DNA from: Fibrobacteria bacterium
GTDB taxonomy: Bacteria > Fibrobacterota > Fibrobacteria > UBA11236
DNA: 64,000 nt
Assembly (NCBI GenBank): GCA_043745805.1
Contig: JAYTSD010000014.1
Coordinates: 32,001 to 96,000, forward strand
Direction: 5' to 3'
A program made the translations under genes and the position numbers. Within the stretch, counting starts at the first letter, position 1; every line of letters begins with the position of its first letter. Under the pieces are notes generated by a model that was not told where the DNA came from, ran no database searches, and saw nothing but the letters and a program-made list of their open reading frames with translations. Positions 38,225 through 47,533 of this stretch are shown in pieces.

Positions 38225-40075
38225 ATGTCCAATTTAAAACATTCTCAAAAAAAAGGTTTTATCCTTATTTTTGCCATTTTGATGATATTAGGGATATCTG
38301 CCATGGCGGTTGGCATGGTTTACAATTCCAGAATGACTAATATCACAGCTGCAAATTACAAAAACAAAATTCAATCCTTTTATGCCTCTGATGGCCTCAT
38401 GACCTTACTTGCACAAGAGCTATTAAATGGAAATGATAATATTTATACCAACAGTGGCAAAAAAGATTCGATTGCTGGAAAACTATGGAAACAAGATTTT
38501 GATCATATCAGTGACCTAATGACTAAAGGTAACATAGGTTATACCCCCATAACATCCTATTCCCTTGGGTCGTATTGGCTAAATCAGGGTCCAGATGGAA
38601 CATGGCCCATTACGCAAAAGTATGGAGTACTTTGGGAGGGATATTTATATCCTCCGGTTACGGGTTCCTATATTTTTTATGAACGCTCCAATGCCGAAGG
38701 TAAGTTTTTTCTGAGCACGGATGATGATCCTGTTAACCTTTCGCCAAATGCCTTGGTGTTTAATACAAATTGGATGGATGAAAAAGATCCATGGCCAACA
38801 CCTGCTAATTCAATTAAACCTATTACTATATATGATAAAACGGTTTCCAGTGCTCAAAACTTAATAGCAGGGAAACGTTATTACTTCAAATATTATCACA
38901 TAAAAGGTGGTGATGATGATTTTGGTCAAGTAGGCTGGTCAGGACCGAATCAATTAGTAGAAAAACCCATTCCAGGTAACCGTATGTCTCCCTATGATGG
39001 GACAATCCTAACCAATGGAGCTTTTGATTCCACAACTGTTGGATCAATTAAAGTGCGCTACAGTGTCACACAAATTAACAACTCACAATACTCCCTTTTT
39101 ACGGAAGGATTCAAACGCAAAAGTGGCAGTGATTCAACTTATAGAGTACCTCTTAACCAAATGCTTTCGCTTAGTGGAGATGCCGGCATTCCTTCCGATC
39201 AAATAAAAGTACCGGTTATTTATTATGATTTTAGTAGTGGCTGGATGACTACTACGGGAAATGGAGAATTTGAAAACCAGGAAAATGGTGGTGCTAGCGC
39301 TCATAAAGGTATGGTACGAAACAATCAAATGATTTATGATTTCAATAATGCAAACTACTTTGGACTAGATACCCTTTGGAAACCAATGTTAACTACCGAT
39401 GCAACCAAAATTTGGCATAGTTGTAATGTGGAAAAGTGGTTTGTGCCTTGGTCGAATGCAGACCCTAAAAATCTATATCCTCCAAAAACTGTCACTAGCA
39501 ATGCCGATGGAGATTATAATAACTGTACGAAACCAAATTGGCCGGGACTGCAAAATAATAAAGCAAACAGAGAGCGATTCAAAAATTATGCTATACGAGA
39601 TTCATTAACTTTTGATAGACAACCTGAAATTGGTACTTCCACTTATATGTTTTCCAAAACTGGAGGTGCAAATACAGATTCTTCTTTTTTTCCGCTTGAT
39701 AAATTTACTGGCACGGCAGATAGTGGATGGGGGAAAGAAGGTAAATCGCATAATTATTCTTTTTGTATGGAAATGCATATAAAATTTGAGTTTACCCCAG
39801 GACTAGTTTTTGAGTTCGAAGGTGATGATGATGTCTGGGCATTCATTAATCACAAACTTGCTATGGATTTAGGAGGAAATCACGTATCCGTTACAGGTAC
39901 AGCAAATTTTGACATGCTAGGATTGAAAATTGGGACGACTTATCCCTTTGATTTTTTCTTTTGCGAAAGGCATACCACAGAGTCGCATATGAAAGTGGTG
40001 TCCAATTTGCCTCTTGGCAAAGGCGATGGAATCCCACATAGGAACTGGAAACGCGACTACGGCTCTATGGACTAA
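38225..40075 (+). CDS. PilX-like pilin fused to PA14 and fibro-slime domains, cassette 2
   Basis: G|FILIFAILMILG, NYKNKIQSFYASDG; WEGYLYPPVTGSY; FFPLD...HNYSFCMEMH...FEGDDDVWAFINHKLAMDLGG.H...FFCERHT. SD AAGGAGG. Confidence 0.85.
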   Translation: MSNLKHSQKKGFILIFAILMILGISAMAVGMVYNSRMTNITAANYKNKIQSFYASDGLMTLLAQELLNGNDNIYTNSGKKDSIAGKLWKQDFDHISDLMTKGNIGYTPITSYSLGSYWLNQGPDGTWPITQKYGVLWEGYLYPPVTGSYIFYERSNAEGKFFLSTDDDPVNLSPNALVFNTNWMDEKDPWPTPANSIKPITIYDKTVSSAQNLIAGKRYYFKYYHIKGGDDDFGQVGWSGPNQLVEKPIPGNRMSPYDGTILTNGAFDSTTVGSIKVRYSVTQINNSQYSLFTEGFKRKSGSDSTYRVPLNQMLSLSGDAGIPSDQIKVPVIYYDFSSGWMTTTGNGEFENQENGGASAHKGMVRNNQMIYDFNNANYFGLDTLWKPMLTTDATKIWHSCNVEKWFVPWSNADPKNLYPPKTVTSNADGDYNNCTKPNWPGLQNNKANRERFKNYAIRDSLTFDRQPEIGTSTYMFSKTGGANTDSSFFPLDKFTGTADSGWGKEGKSHNYSFCMEMHIKFEFTPGLVFEFEGDDDVWAFINHKLAMDLGGNHVSVTGTANFDMLGLKIGTTYPFDFFFCERHTTESHMKVVSNLPLGKGDGIPHRNWKRDYGSMD

Positions 40076-40092
40076 ACTCCATTTTACCCTCT

Positions 40093-40125
40093 AAAAAAAA
40101 GCCCGCTAATAAGCGGGCTTTTTTT
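40093..40125. terminator. bidirectional intrinsic terminator
   Basis: A8-GCCCGCT-AATA-AGCGGGC-T7 between converging genes. Confidence 0.9.
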
Positions 40126-40148
40126 GTTTTGCTCATAAAGCAAAAAAA

Positions 40149-40742
40149 TCAATGTGTTTGTGAAGCGGTTTGCGTTTTCGTTTGCACGCCCACAGTATCC
40201 GCTACCACATGCAGTGATATGGTTAAGGTATCCTCCGTAGGAATTAACATTAAAGTAGGTTTTTGAATTTTGTAATCAGTTAGCAGAATTTTTAATTCTC
40301 CGTCCACTTCAATCTGACCAGCTTTTTTTTGTGTCATAATTGGAAAAACAATACTTTTTTTAACATTATGAAATGTTAACGTTCCCGTTACGTTATAATG
40401 ATCAAGAGATGTTTTTTTAAAAGAGTCGCTAGCGAATTCCACCTTAGGATATAGATAGACATCAAGCATTTCCATGGCATGCGAATCGCGATTAGAGTTT
40501 CCAGAATCAAAGTTTTTGATTTCGGCGTCCACTGTAATACGGCCTTGAGATGAATCTGGATTCAATTCTACATGGCAATTCATTTGATGACTGACACCCT
40601 TTATTTTGTGCATAGGATGGATTAATAAATAAGCAATTGAGGATTCGGGGAGTTTAGCGGTATAGATTTTATTGGCATATACATGCATGCCACCCAATAA
40701 AAATAAGGGAATGGCAAAAATATTTTTTTTGTACGGGAACAA
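40149..40742 (-). CDS. YceI family lipid/polyisoprenoid-binding protein
   Basis: Signal peptide, HPMH...G, FDSGNSNRDSH, YPKVEF, GTLTFHNV, DYKI..P. Confidence 0.85.
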   Translation of the reverse strand: MFPYKKNIFAIPLFLLGGMHVYANKIYTAKLPESSIAYLLIHPMHKIKGVSHQMNCHVELNPDSSQGRITVDAEIKNFDSGNSNRDSHAMEMLDVYLYPKVEFASDSFKKTSLDHYNVTGTLTFHNVKKSIVFPIMTQKKAGQIEVDGELKILLTDYKIQKPTLMLIPTEDTLTISLHVVADTVGVQTKTQTASQTH

Positions 40743-40772
40743 AGTTTTGTCTCCTAACCTAAAACCTTAAAA

Positions 40773-41435
40773 TTAATTTTGGCTACCATATTGTGAAAAA
40801 TACATTTCCATACTTTTAATCAACTCAAGTTGATCAGTATTTTTTTTAAGATATTCCAACAAATCAAAAAAATTCACAATGGCGGTGGTTTCAATTCCAA
40901 ACTCTTGTTGAATTTCTCGCAAGGCCGAAAGCTTTCCTTGGCCACGTTCCATGCGATCCACAGAAACCGCTAGGCCAATAACCTCAGCTCCTCGTGCTTG
41001 AATCAACGGTAAACATTCACGCACCGATGTCCCTGCCGTTGTCACATCTTCAATCAATACCACTTTGCAATTTTCTTCTTTCGGATAAGGATAGCCCACC
41101 AATAGGCCCCCTTCCCCATGATCCTTTGCTTCTTTGCGATTGAAAGTATAAGAGACATCCAAATTAAATTTTGTGGAAAGAGCCATACTCGCAGCCACAG
41201 CAAGCGGAATACCTTTATAAGCAGGTCCAAATAAATTCTGAACCCGGGACCCAAACTGCAAATGAATAGTCTCCGCATAAAACTCCCCTAATTTTTGCAT
41301 TTGCGAACCCCGCATATAATTGCCAGTATTAATAAAATAGGGAGTTTGTCGTCCACTCTTGGTAGTGAACTTTCCGAAACGCAAGACCTGACAGGCCAAC
41401 ATAAATTCGATGAAGTTTTGCTTAAAGTTTTCCAT
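40773..41435 (-). CDS. pyrE: orotate phosphoribosyltransferase
   Basis: FGKFTTKSGR.TPYF, FGPAYKGIPL, NRKEAKDHGEGG, LIEDVTTAGTS. Confidence 0.97.
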   Translation of the reverse strand: MENFKQNFIEFMLACQVLRFGKFTTKSGRQTPYFINTGNYMRGSQMQKLGEFYAETIHLQFGSRVQNLFGPAYKGIPLAVAASMALSTKFNLDVSYTFNRKEAKDHGEGGLLVGYPYPKEENCKVVLIEDVTTAGTSVRECLPLIQARGAEVIGLAVSVDRMERGQGKLSALREIQQEFGIETTAIVNFFDLLEYLKKNTDQLELIKSMEMYFSQYGSQN

Positions 41436-41569
41436 TCCACTTTACCTTTTTTTGACTCTAGCAAGATAGCAATTTGAATATTGCATTGGAACGAAAACTC
41501 CCGAGCACCCACGAAAGAAAGGATCATAATGTTATCGTCGCCACCCTAGAACCGCAGTAGAATAAAGTT

Positions 41570-41947
41570 ATGGCCGTGATGAATGTTATTCTTGGAGACC
41601 TCAATTATCAAATCGGCATTGGCCGCGATAATTCCTTATTGTATATAGCTGGAAATTGGTGTGGGAATAATGCCATAAAATTAGGTGTAAATTTTGTGAA
41701 AGTTATTCAACATGTGCATGGAAAATTGTTTTTGGATTTAGAAGGTTGTAAATCCATGGATAGTATTGCGCTGAATTGGTTAATCCAATTACAAAAAATC
41801 TTAGGGGATAAATGCTTAGGCATGGTACTCGTGAATGTGCCGACGCCCATGTTAGAAATACTCAAAGGCAGTCATATTCATTCGCTCTATGAAATCCTTC
41901 CTACACTTGGCGAAGCGGAAAAAAAATATGGTTCTTTTTTAACCTAG
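41570..41947 (+). CDS. STAS-domain protein (anti-sigma factor antagonist-like)
   Basis: LDLEGCKSMDSIAL..L with the phosphorylatable-type Ser; STAS-like length and pattern. Confidence 0.75.
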   Translation: MAVMNVILGDLNYQIGIGRDNSLLYIAGNWCGNNAIKLGVNFVKVIQHVHGKLFLDLEGCKSMDSIALNWLIQLQKILGDKCLGMVLVNVPTPMLEILKGSHIHSLYEILPTLGEAEKKYGSFLT

Positions 41948-42039
41948 TTAATCGCTTAGTTTAAAAACCATTTTCGCCTTCATTTCAAATTCATTCTTAT
42001 TATTTTTCTCTCCATCTTAGGAAATAATTTGGAGCCAAT

Positions 42040-43908
42040 ATGATTAATGGAAATCAAGCCAAAGCCTTACTCAAGCAATTAAATAAAGCTTATTTACAAG
42101 TTCATGAAAATAAAGAAGATGCTTTTTGGCGCGAAAAAATGGGGTTAAAAAATTGTGTCTCCGGTGAATTTGAAAAATATGAAATTGCCTATCAAAGCTT
42201 AATTTCCGATCCTCGATTTTTACCCGATATTCGACAAAGCCTTGCGAATACTGCTTTAGACAGTGATTTGCGCCTGGGGTTAGAAGGCTGGCAAAGGTTT
42301 TTTGAGACGCATGCCATAGAAAATCCCGAAGCCTTAAGCTTACAAAAAAAAATCATTGCTCTCGAAGGGCAATTGGGTAAAATCCGCCAAAGTATGAATT
42401 TAGGCTATATCGCTCCAGGTAACACCGAGATGACTCTCGCCAGTTCCGTAAAATTAGGTCTCTTATTACGCACCTCTCCCGACGAAGGCTTGCGCCGCGC
42501 GGCTTATAATGGTCTTTTGTCTATTGAACAAGAAGTTTTGGCCAAAGGTTTTTTGGAAATTGTCCGGGAACGTAATCGCTTAGGTCGATTACTAGGCTAT
42601 GAAGACTATTATGATTATAAAGTGTCGCGCAATGAAGGTTTTTCCAAGCGCAAACTTTTTGCCATACTCGATGATTTAGTCCAAAAAACGCGCGCCTCGG
42701 CACAAGCCTCCGTAACGGACATGATACGTGAACGTGGAGTCTCCGCACGCGAGGGTTATAATTTTCCCTATTTTATTGCAGGAGATTTAACTACCCAACT
42801 CGATCCTTATTTCCCTTTTGAAAAAGCCTTAACCCTGTGGGGTAAAAGCTTTCAAGCCCTAGGAATTCAATACCATGGCGCTACTTTGCAACTGGATTTA
42901 TTGGACCGCAAAGGCAAATATGAAAATGGTTTTATGCATGGCCCAGGACCAAGCTTTATCCAGCATGGTGTGTATCAACCGGCGCGCATTAACTTCACTG
43001 CCAATGCCATTCCCGGTCAAGTGGGTAGCGGACAAAGAGCCTTGGAAACCCTATTTCATGAAGGAGGACATGCCGCGCATTTCAGTAATATTTTTATGCC
43101 TGCGCCTTGCTTCTCACAGGAATATGCGCCGACCTCAGTGGCCTTTGCCGAAACCCAAAGTATGTTTCTCGATAGCTTTATTGAAACCCCCGAATGGTTG
43201 GCGCTGTATGCAAAAAATCGTCAAGGAGAAAGTTTGCCTTGGAATTTGATGCGCCAAAATATTGAGAAAAAACATCCCTATAAAGCCTTTGCCGTACGCT
43301 CAATGCTAACTATTTGTTATGCCGAAAAGGCGCTTTATGAAATGTCGGATGCACAGCTTACGCCGGAAAATGTCACGCGTACCTTGCGGGAAATTGAACA
43401 GGAATTGCAATTTTTAAATTCGGGAGCACGCCCTGCTTTAAGCGTACCCCATTTATTATCCGGAGAGAGTTCGGCTTATTATCATGGTTATGTTTTGGCC
43501 GAAATGGCAGTACAACAAACGCGTCAATTCTTTCAACAACGCGATGGGCATTTGGTTGACAATTCAGCAATTGGACGAGATTTAGCAAATTTTTATTGGA
43601 AACCTGGAAACTCTAAAACATTTTTGGACCTTGTACAGGGCCTCACCACGAAGCCTTTTTCAGCAGATGCCATTGTTCAAGAGGTAACTGCTTCGTTACC
43701 AGAAGTACTTGCCGCAGCGGAAAAAAGTGTGGGAAAAGCAAAAAAACTTCCTCACTATTCTGAATCCGTACAACTCAAAGCGAATATTCGCATTGTACAT
43801 GGGGATGAAATTATTACTGAATGCCAAGCGGGACAAGGCTTTGAAACAATGTCACAGCACTTTGACGATTGGCTGGTGAAGCGAAGTGATGCTATGCCTA
43901 AAATTTAA
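42040..43908 (+). CDS. M3-family (gluzincin) metallopeptidase
   Basis: DRKGKYENGF, LFHEGGHAAHF (HExxH), AETQSMF, YYHGYVLA. Confidence 0.88.
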   Translation: MINGNQAKALLKQLNKAYLQVHENKEDAFWREKMGLKNCVSGEFEKYEIAYQSLISDPRFLPDIRQSLANTALDSDLRLGLEGWQRFFETHAIENPEALSLQKKIIALEGQLGKIRQSMNLGYIAPGNTEMTLASSVKLGLLLRTSPDEGLRRAAYNGLLSIEQEVLAKGFLEIVRERNRLGRLLGYEDYYDYKVSRNEGFSKRKLFAILDDLVQKTRASAQASVTDMIRERGVSAREGYNFPYFIAGDLTTQLDPYFPFEKALTLWGKSFQALGIQYHGATLQLDLLDRKGKYENGFMHGPGPSFIQHGVYQPARINFTANAIPGQVGSGQRALETLFHEGGHAAHFSNIFMPAPCFSQEYAPTSVAFAETQSMFLDSFIETPEWLALYAKNRQGESLPWNLMRQNIEKKHPYKAFAVRSMLTICYAEKALYEMSDAQLTPENVTRTLREIEQELQFLNSGARPALSVPHLLSGESSAYYHGYVLAEMAVQQTRQFFQQRDGHLVDNSAIGRDLANFYWKPGNSKTFLDLVQGLTTKPFSADAIVQEVTASLPEVLAAAEKSVGKAKKLPHYSESVQLKANIRIVHGDEIITECQAGQGFETMSQHFDDWLVKRSDAMPKI

Positions 43909-44029
43909 GTCATAAACATTCTCAGCATGCACAGCATTCTCACCAAAATCTGCGCATTTTTTTAAGTTTATTCTCACACTGAGAGTTTACACTCCCCCAT
44001 CTGTTTGGGGGCAATTTTATGGAGTGATT

Positions 44030-46270
44030 ATGTCCGATATTGATGTTAAAGGAATTTATTCTGGCTTAGAAACCAAACATGCTTATGCGCGTAAAACCTT
44101 GGGCAAGGCCCTCACTTTAGCCGAAAAAATTATTTGGTCACATTTAGCGGATGCGCAACAAGGTCCCTTGGAACGCGGTAAGTCCTTTGTTTTATTAAAT
44201 CCCGATCGGGTGGCTATGCAAGATGCCACCGCACAAATGGCCATATTACAATTCATGCAAGCACAAAAAGCCAAAGTTGCCGTTCCTACTACCGTGCATT
44301 GTGATCATTTAATTATCGCACATGATGGAGCCAATTCGGATATTCAAGCCGCTGGCCATGACAATAAAGAAGTTTTTGATTTCCTCTCTTCGGCAGCACA
44401 AAAATATGGCATGGGTTTTTGGAAACCTGGATCCGGAATTATTCATCAAGTGGTTTTGGAAAATTATGCCTTCCCAGGCGGTATGATGATTGGTACAGAC
44501 TCTCATACGCCTAATGCCGGTGGCTTGGGAATGATGGCTGTGGGCGTAGGTGGTTCCGATGCCGTAGATGTTATGGTTGGTATGCCTTGGGAAGTTTTAT
44601 ACCCCAAGGTTACGGGTGTAAAACTAACTGGAAAGCTCAATGGCTGGACTTCCGGCAAAGATATTATCCTTAAGCTTTTAGAAATACTCACCGTTAAAGG
44701 CGGCACCAACAAAGTTATTGAATATTTTGGTCCGGGCGTACAAAGCTTATCCTGTACCGCGCAAGCTACCGTAACCAATATGGGTGCGGAACTAGGTGCA
44801 ACGTGTTCCCTATTCCCTTTTCATGCGGCCATGGGCGCTTATTTACGCGCCACACGCCGTGCCGGCATCGCCGATTTAGCGGAACAATATCAAGCTTATT
44901 TACAACCGGATGCCGAAGTACTCGCCGATCCCAAAGCGTATTATGACGATGTTATTGAAATTGATTTAAATACTCTGGAACCTTATGTGGTTGGCCCGCA
45001 TTCACCAGACAAAGCACGGCCTATTTCAAAATTCGCTGCCGAAATTGATAAAGAAAAATATCCCGAAGTATTATCCGCCGCGCTTATTGGTTCTTGCACT
45101 AATTCCTCCTATGAAGATGTGGGTCGTTCCGCCTTTGTGGCCGCGCAAGGCTTGAAACATGGCATCAAAGCCGCTTCGCAGTTTTATGTTAGCCCTGGCT
45201 CAGAACAAGTATTTGATACCACGCAACGCGACGGTTACCTCGATACTTTAAATGAATTAGGCGCCGTAGTCATGGCTAATGCTTGCGGACCTTGTATCGG
45301 TCAATGGAAACGTAAAGAAATGCCAGCCGGATCCAATTCTATTATCACATCTTTCAACCGTAATTTTCGTGCCCGTAATGATGGCAATACCGAAACCTTA
45401 GCCTTTATCGCTTCACCAGAAATCGTAACCGCTATGGCCTTAGCCGGAAGTATAAAGTTCAATCCGCTTACCGATGAAATTAAAGCCGCCGATGGTAAAA
45501 GCTTTAAACTAGAAGCCCCGATTGCGAATGCATTGCCACCTAAAGGATTTGCCTTTAATGATGGAGGCTTTATACCACCGGCCCAAGATGGCTCACAAGT
45601 CGAAGTCAAAGTAAGCCCAACAAGTCCTCGTTTACAAATTTTAGCCCCTTTTGGAAAATGGGATGGCCAAGATATTCAGGACGCGCTCGTACTCGTAAAA
45701 GCGCATGGCAAATGCACCACGGATCATATTTCCCCTGCCGGTAAATGGTTAGCCTTTCGTGGTCACTTAGATAAAATCTCAGACAATATGTTTTTAGGGG
45801 CCACCAATGCTTTCAATCAAGAAATTGGTAAAGCCAAAAATGTCTTAACTGGCGAAGTCGGAACTTATGCCTTAATTGCTCGTGCTTATAAAGCCGCCAA
45901 TAAAGGTTGGGTGGCCTTTGGCGATGAAAATTATGGCGAAGGTTCTTCGCGTGAACATGCCGCGATGTGCCCGCGCTTTTTAGGAGCCAAAGCCGTTATC
46001 ACCAAAAGCATGGCGCGTATTCATGAAACCAATTTAAAGAAGCAAGGATTATTGCCACTTAAATTTGTGAATCCTGAGGACTATGATAAAGTTCAAGAAG
46101 ACGATCGCGTGGGTATTGAAGGCTTAAAAAGCTTTGCTCCAGGTGTTAACTTGCAAGTTACGCTAAAACATAAAAATGGTACAATTGACTCATTTGCAGT
46201 GAGTCATACTTTTAATCAAGAGCAAATCGAATGGTTTAAAGCGGGCAGTGCCTTGAATTTAATGGCTTAG
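44030..46270 (+). CDS. aconitate hydratase (mitochondrial-type, about 750 aa)
   Basis: DRVAMQDATAQMA, HCDH, GTDSHT, IGSCTNSSYED, NACGPCIGQW, TSFNRNF, CTTDHIS, NYGEGSSREHAA. Confidence 0.96.
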   Translation: MSDIDVKGIYSGLETKHAYARKTLGKALTLAEKIIWSHLADAQQGPLERGKSFVLLNPDRVAMQDATAQMAILQFMQAQKAKVAVPTTVHCDHLIIAHDGANSDIQAAGHDNKEVFDFLSSAAQKYGMGFWKPGSGIIHQVVLENYAFPGGMMIGTDSHTPNAGGLGMMAVGVGGSDAVDVMVGMPWEVLYPKVTGVKLTGKLNGWTSGKDIILKLLEILTVKGGTNKVIEYFGPGVQSLSCTAQATVTNMGAELGATCSLFPFHAAMGAYLRATRRAGIADLAEQYQAYLQPDAEVLADPKAYYDDVIEIDLNTLEPYVVGPHSPDKARPISKFAAEIDKEKYPEVLSAALIGSCTNSSYEDVGRSAFVAAQGLKHGIKAASQFYVSPGSEQVFDTTQRDGYLDTLNELGAVVMANACGPCIGQWKRKEMPAGSNSIITSFNRNFRARNDGNTETLAFIASPEIVTAMALAGSIKFNPLTDEIKAADGKSFKLEAPIANALPPKGFAFNDGGFIPPAQDGSQVEVKVSPTSPRLQILAPFGKWDGQDIQDALVLVKAHGKCTTDHISPAGKWLAFRGHLDKISDNMFLGATNAFNQEIGKAKNVLTGEVGTYALIARAYKAANKGWVAFGDENYGEGSSREHAAMCPRFLGAKAVITKSMARIHETNLKKQGLLPLKFVNPEDYDKVQEDDRVGIEGLKSFAPGVNLQVTLKHKNGTIDSFAVSHTFNQEQIEWFKAGSALNLMA

Positions 46271-46342
46271 GTCTTACTTAGGCCATTAAATTCCAACTTC
46301 ACTACTGAGCAATTAAAAATTTCTCAAACCTTAGGGGTTATT

Positions 46343-46801
46343 ATGACATTTATCGCTGTATTGCTTATTCGCTTACTCGATCTCTTAAAGGCCCTTAATT
46401 GGCTTCCCCCATTGCTTGCGAGAATTACAGTAGGCTGGGTTTTTATTGAATCAGGTTGGGGTAAACTACACCATTTAGATAAAGTCACAGGCTTCTTTAC
46501 CGAATTAGGACTTCCTGCTCCAGCATTTCAAGCTTGCTTAGTTTCGAATACCGAATTTATCGGAGGAGTACTTTTGCTCATTGGATTATTTGCTCGCTTC
46601 GCATCCATCCCATTGCAAATTATTATGGTGGTGGCCATAATGACTGCAAAGCGCGCAGAGTTAAATGGGTTCTCGGATTTAATCGGTTTCTCTGAGTTCC
46701 TCTACATACTTTTATTGTTTTGGATAACTCTTACTGGCGCAGGTTTAATCTCTTTCGATACCCTGCTAGCCAAAAAACTACGCAAACTAGACGGACAATA
46801 A
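46343..46801 (+). CDS. DoxX family membrane protein
   Basis: RITVGWVFIESGWGKL, FFTELGLP.P, EFIGG.LLL.GL..R, GAG..S.D. Confidence 0.9.
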   Translation: MTFIAVLLIRLLDLLKALNWLPPLLARITVGWVFIESGWGKLHHLDKVTGFFTELGLPAPAFQACLVSNTEFIGGVLLLIGLFARFASIPLQIIMVVAIMTAKRAELNGFSDLIGFSEFLYILLLFWITLTGAGLISFDTLLAKKLRKLDGQ

Positions 46802-46830
46802 GGATTTTGGATCGTAACATACATGTTACA

Positions 46831-46850
46831 TAGGCCCTTCTAAGGGCCTA
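46831..46850. terminator. hairpin between the converging doxX and nfu genes
   Basis: TAGGCCCTT-CT-AAGGGCCTA, followed by AAA. Confidence 0.55.
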
Positions 46851-46859
46851 AAACGTCAG

Positions 46860-47450
46860 CTATTCGCTAACTACCATGATTTCAGGATGTGCCTTGCGTT
46901 GCAGGGCTCCTTCTATATACATCAACGTTCCGGATGTTGAGCTAGGGCAAGATCCGCAAGCACCTTCATAATGCACCTTCACCGTACTACCATCAATCCC
47001 TAATAGCATTAAGCCGCCGCCATCACCCGCCAAACCTGGTCGAACCATTTCATCGAGAATGGTTTCAATATGGCCAATTTGTTCCTCTAAACTCAAAGCG
47101 AAAAAGTTTTCGGGCCGATGGATATTGGCTCCTGGAGCAAAAGGATCACTTTCCTCCACTTTTGGCTTATCGTCAATAGGCGAAAGGCTTTCTTCAAGAA
47201 TATCCGCAATAGGCGTGATTAAATCTTCCCAAAAACCTTCTTCATCTTTATTCACAGTCACGGTACTCCCGACATAAAAAACGGAAGTCACATGAGGAAG
47301 CTCAAATAAGCGTGCTGCGGTGCGGTCAGCTTGTGCAGATTCCACGTCGGGAAAGGAACGTGAACCCGAGGCTAAAACTTTTCCATCGATATGAAACCGC
47401 GTGGCCAAGGGATTCGGGGTTTCGGAGGTTTTCAATACTTTTGCTGTCAT
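46860..47450 (-). CDS. Nfu/NifU-family Fe-S cluster carrier (Nfu_N + NifU_C)
   Basis: ETPNP, VRPGLAGDGG, YEGACGSCPSS..TL. Confidence 0.92.
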   Translation of the reverse strand: MTAKVLKTSETPNPLATRFHIDGKVLASGSRSFPDVESAQADRTAARLFELPHVTSVFYVGSTVTVNKDEEGFWEDLITPIADILEESLSPIDDKPKVEESDPFAPGANIHRPENFFALSLEEQIGHIETILDEMVRPGLAGDGGGLMLLGIDGSTVKVHYEGACGSCPSSTSGTLMYIEGALQRKAHPEIMVVSE

Positions 47451-47533
47451 AACAAAAAGTTAACAAAATCACTTGCATTAAGCATTGAGCCTAAAACACA
47501 ATGAGATAAATAACTATTTTAATTGTGAACGGG

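Noticed and set aside
27529-40075. Repeated DNA blocks among the dehydrogenase and pilin paralogues as a possible DGR, shufflon or CRISPR
   Set aside because: Similarity is at codon level with synonymous divergence. There is no reverse transcriptase, recombinase, inverted cassette, adenine-specific variation or repeat-spacer periodicity.
13544-40125. Similar CCGCT...AGCGG stems at 13551, 36470 and 40101 as a repeat family
   Set aside because: Each is a short A/T-flanked hairpin right after a stop codon, i.e. an ordinary intrinsic terminator.
44030-46270. Mitochondrial-type aconitase as eukaryotic contamination or transfer
   Set aside because: This subtype is known in bacteria, and the gene has no introns, a bacterial SD and a bacterial context.
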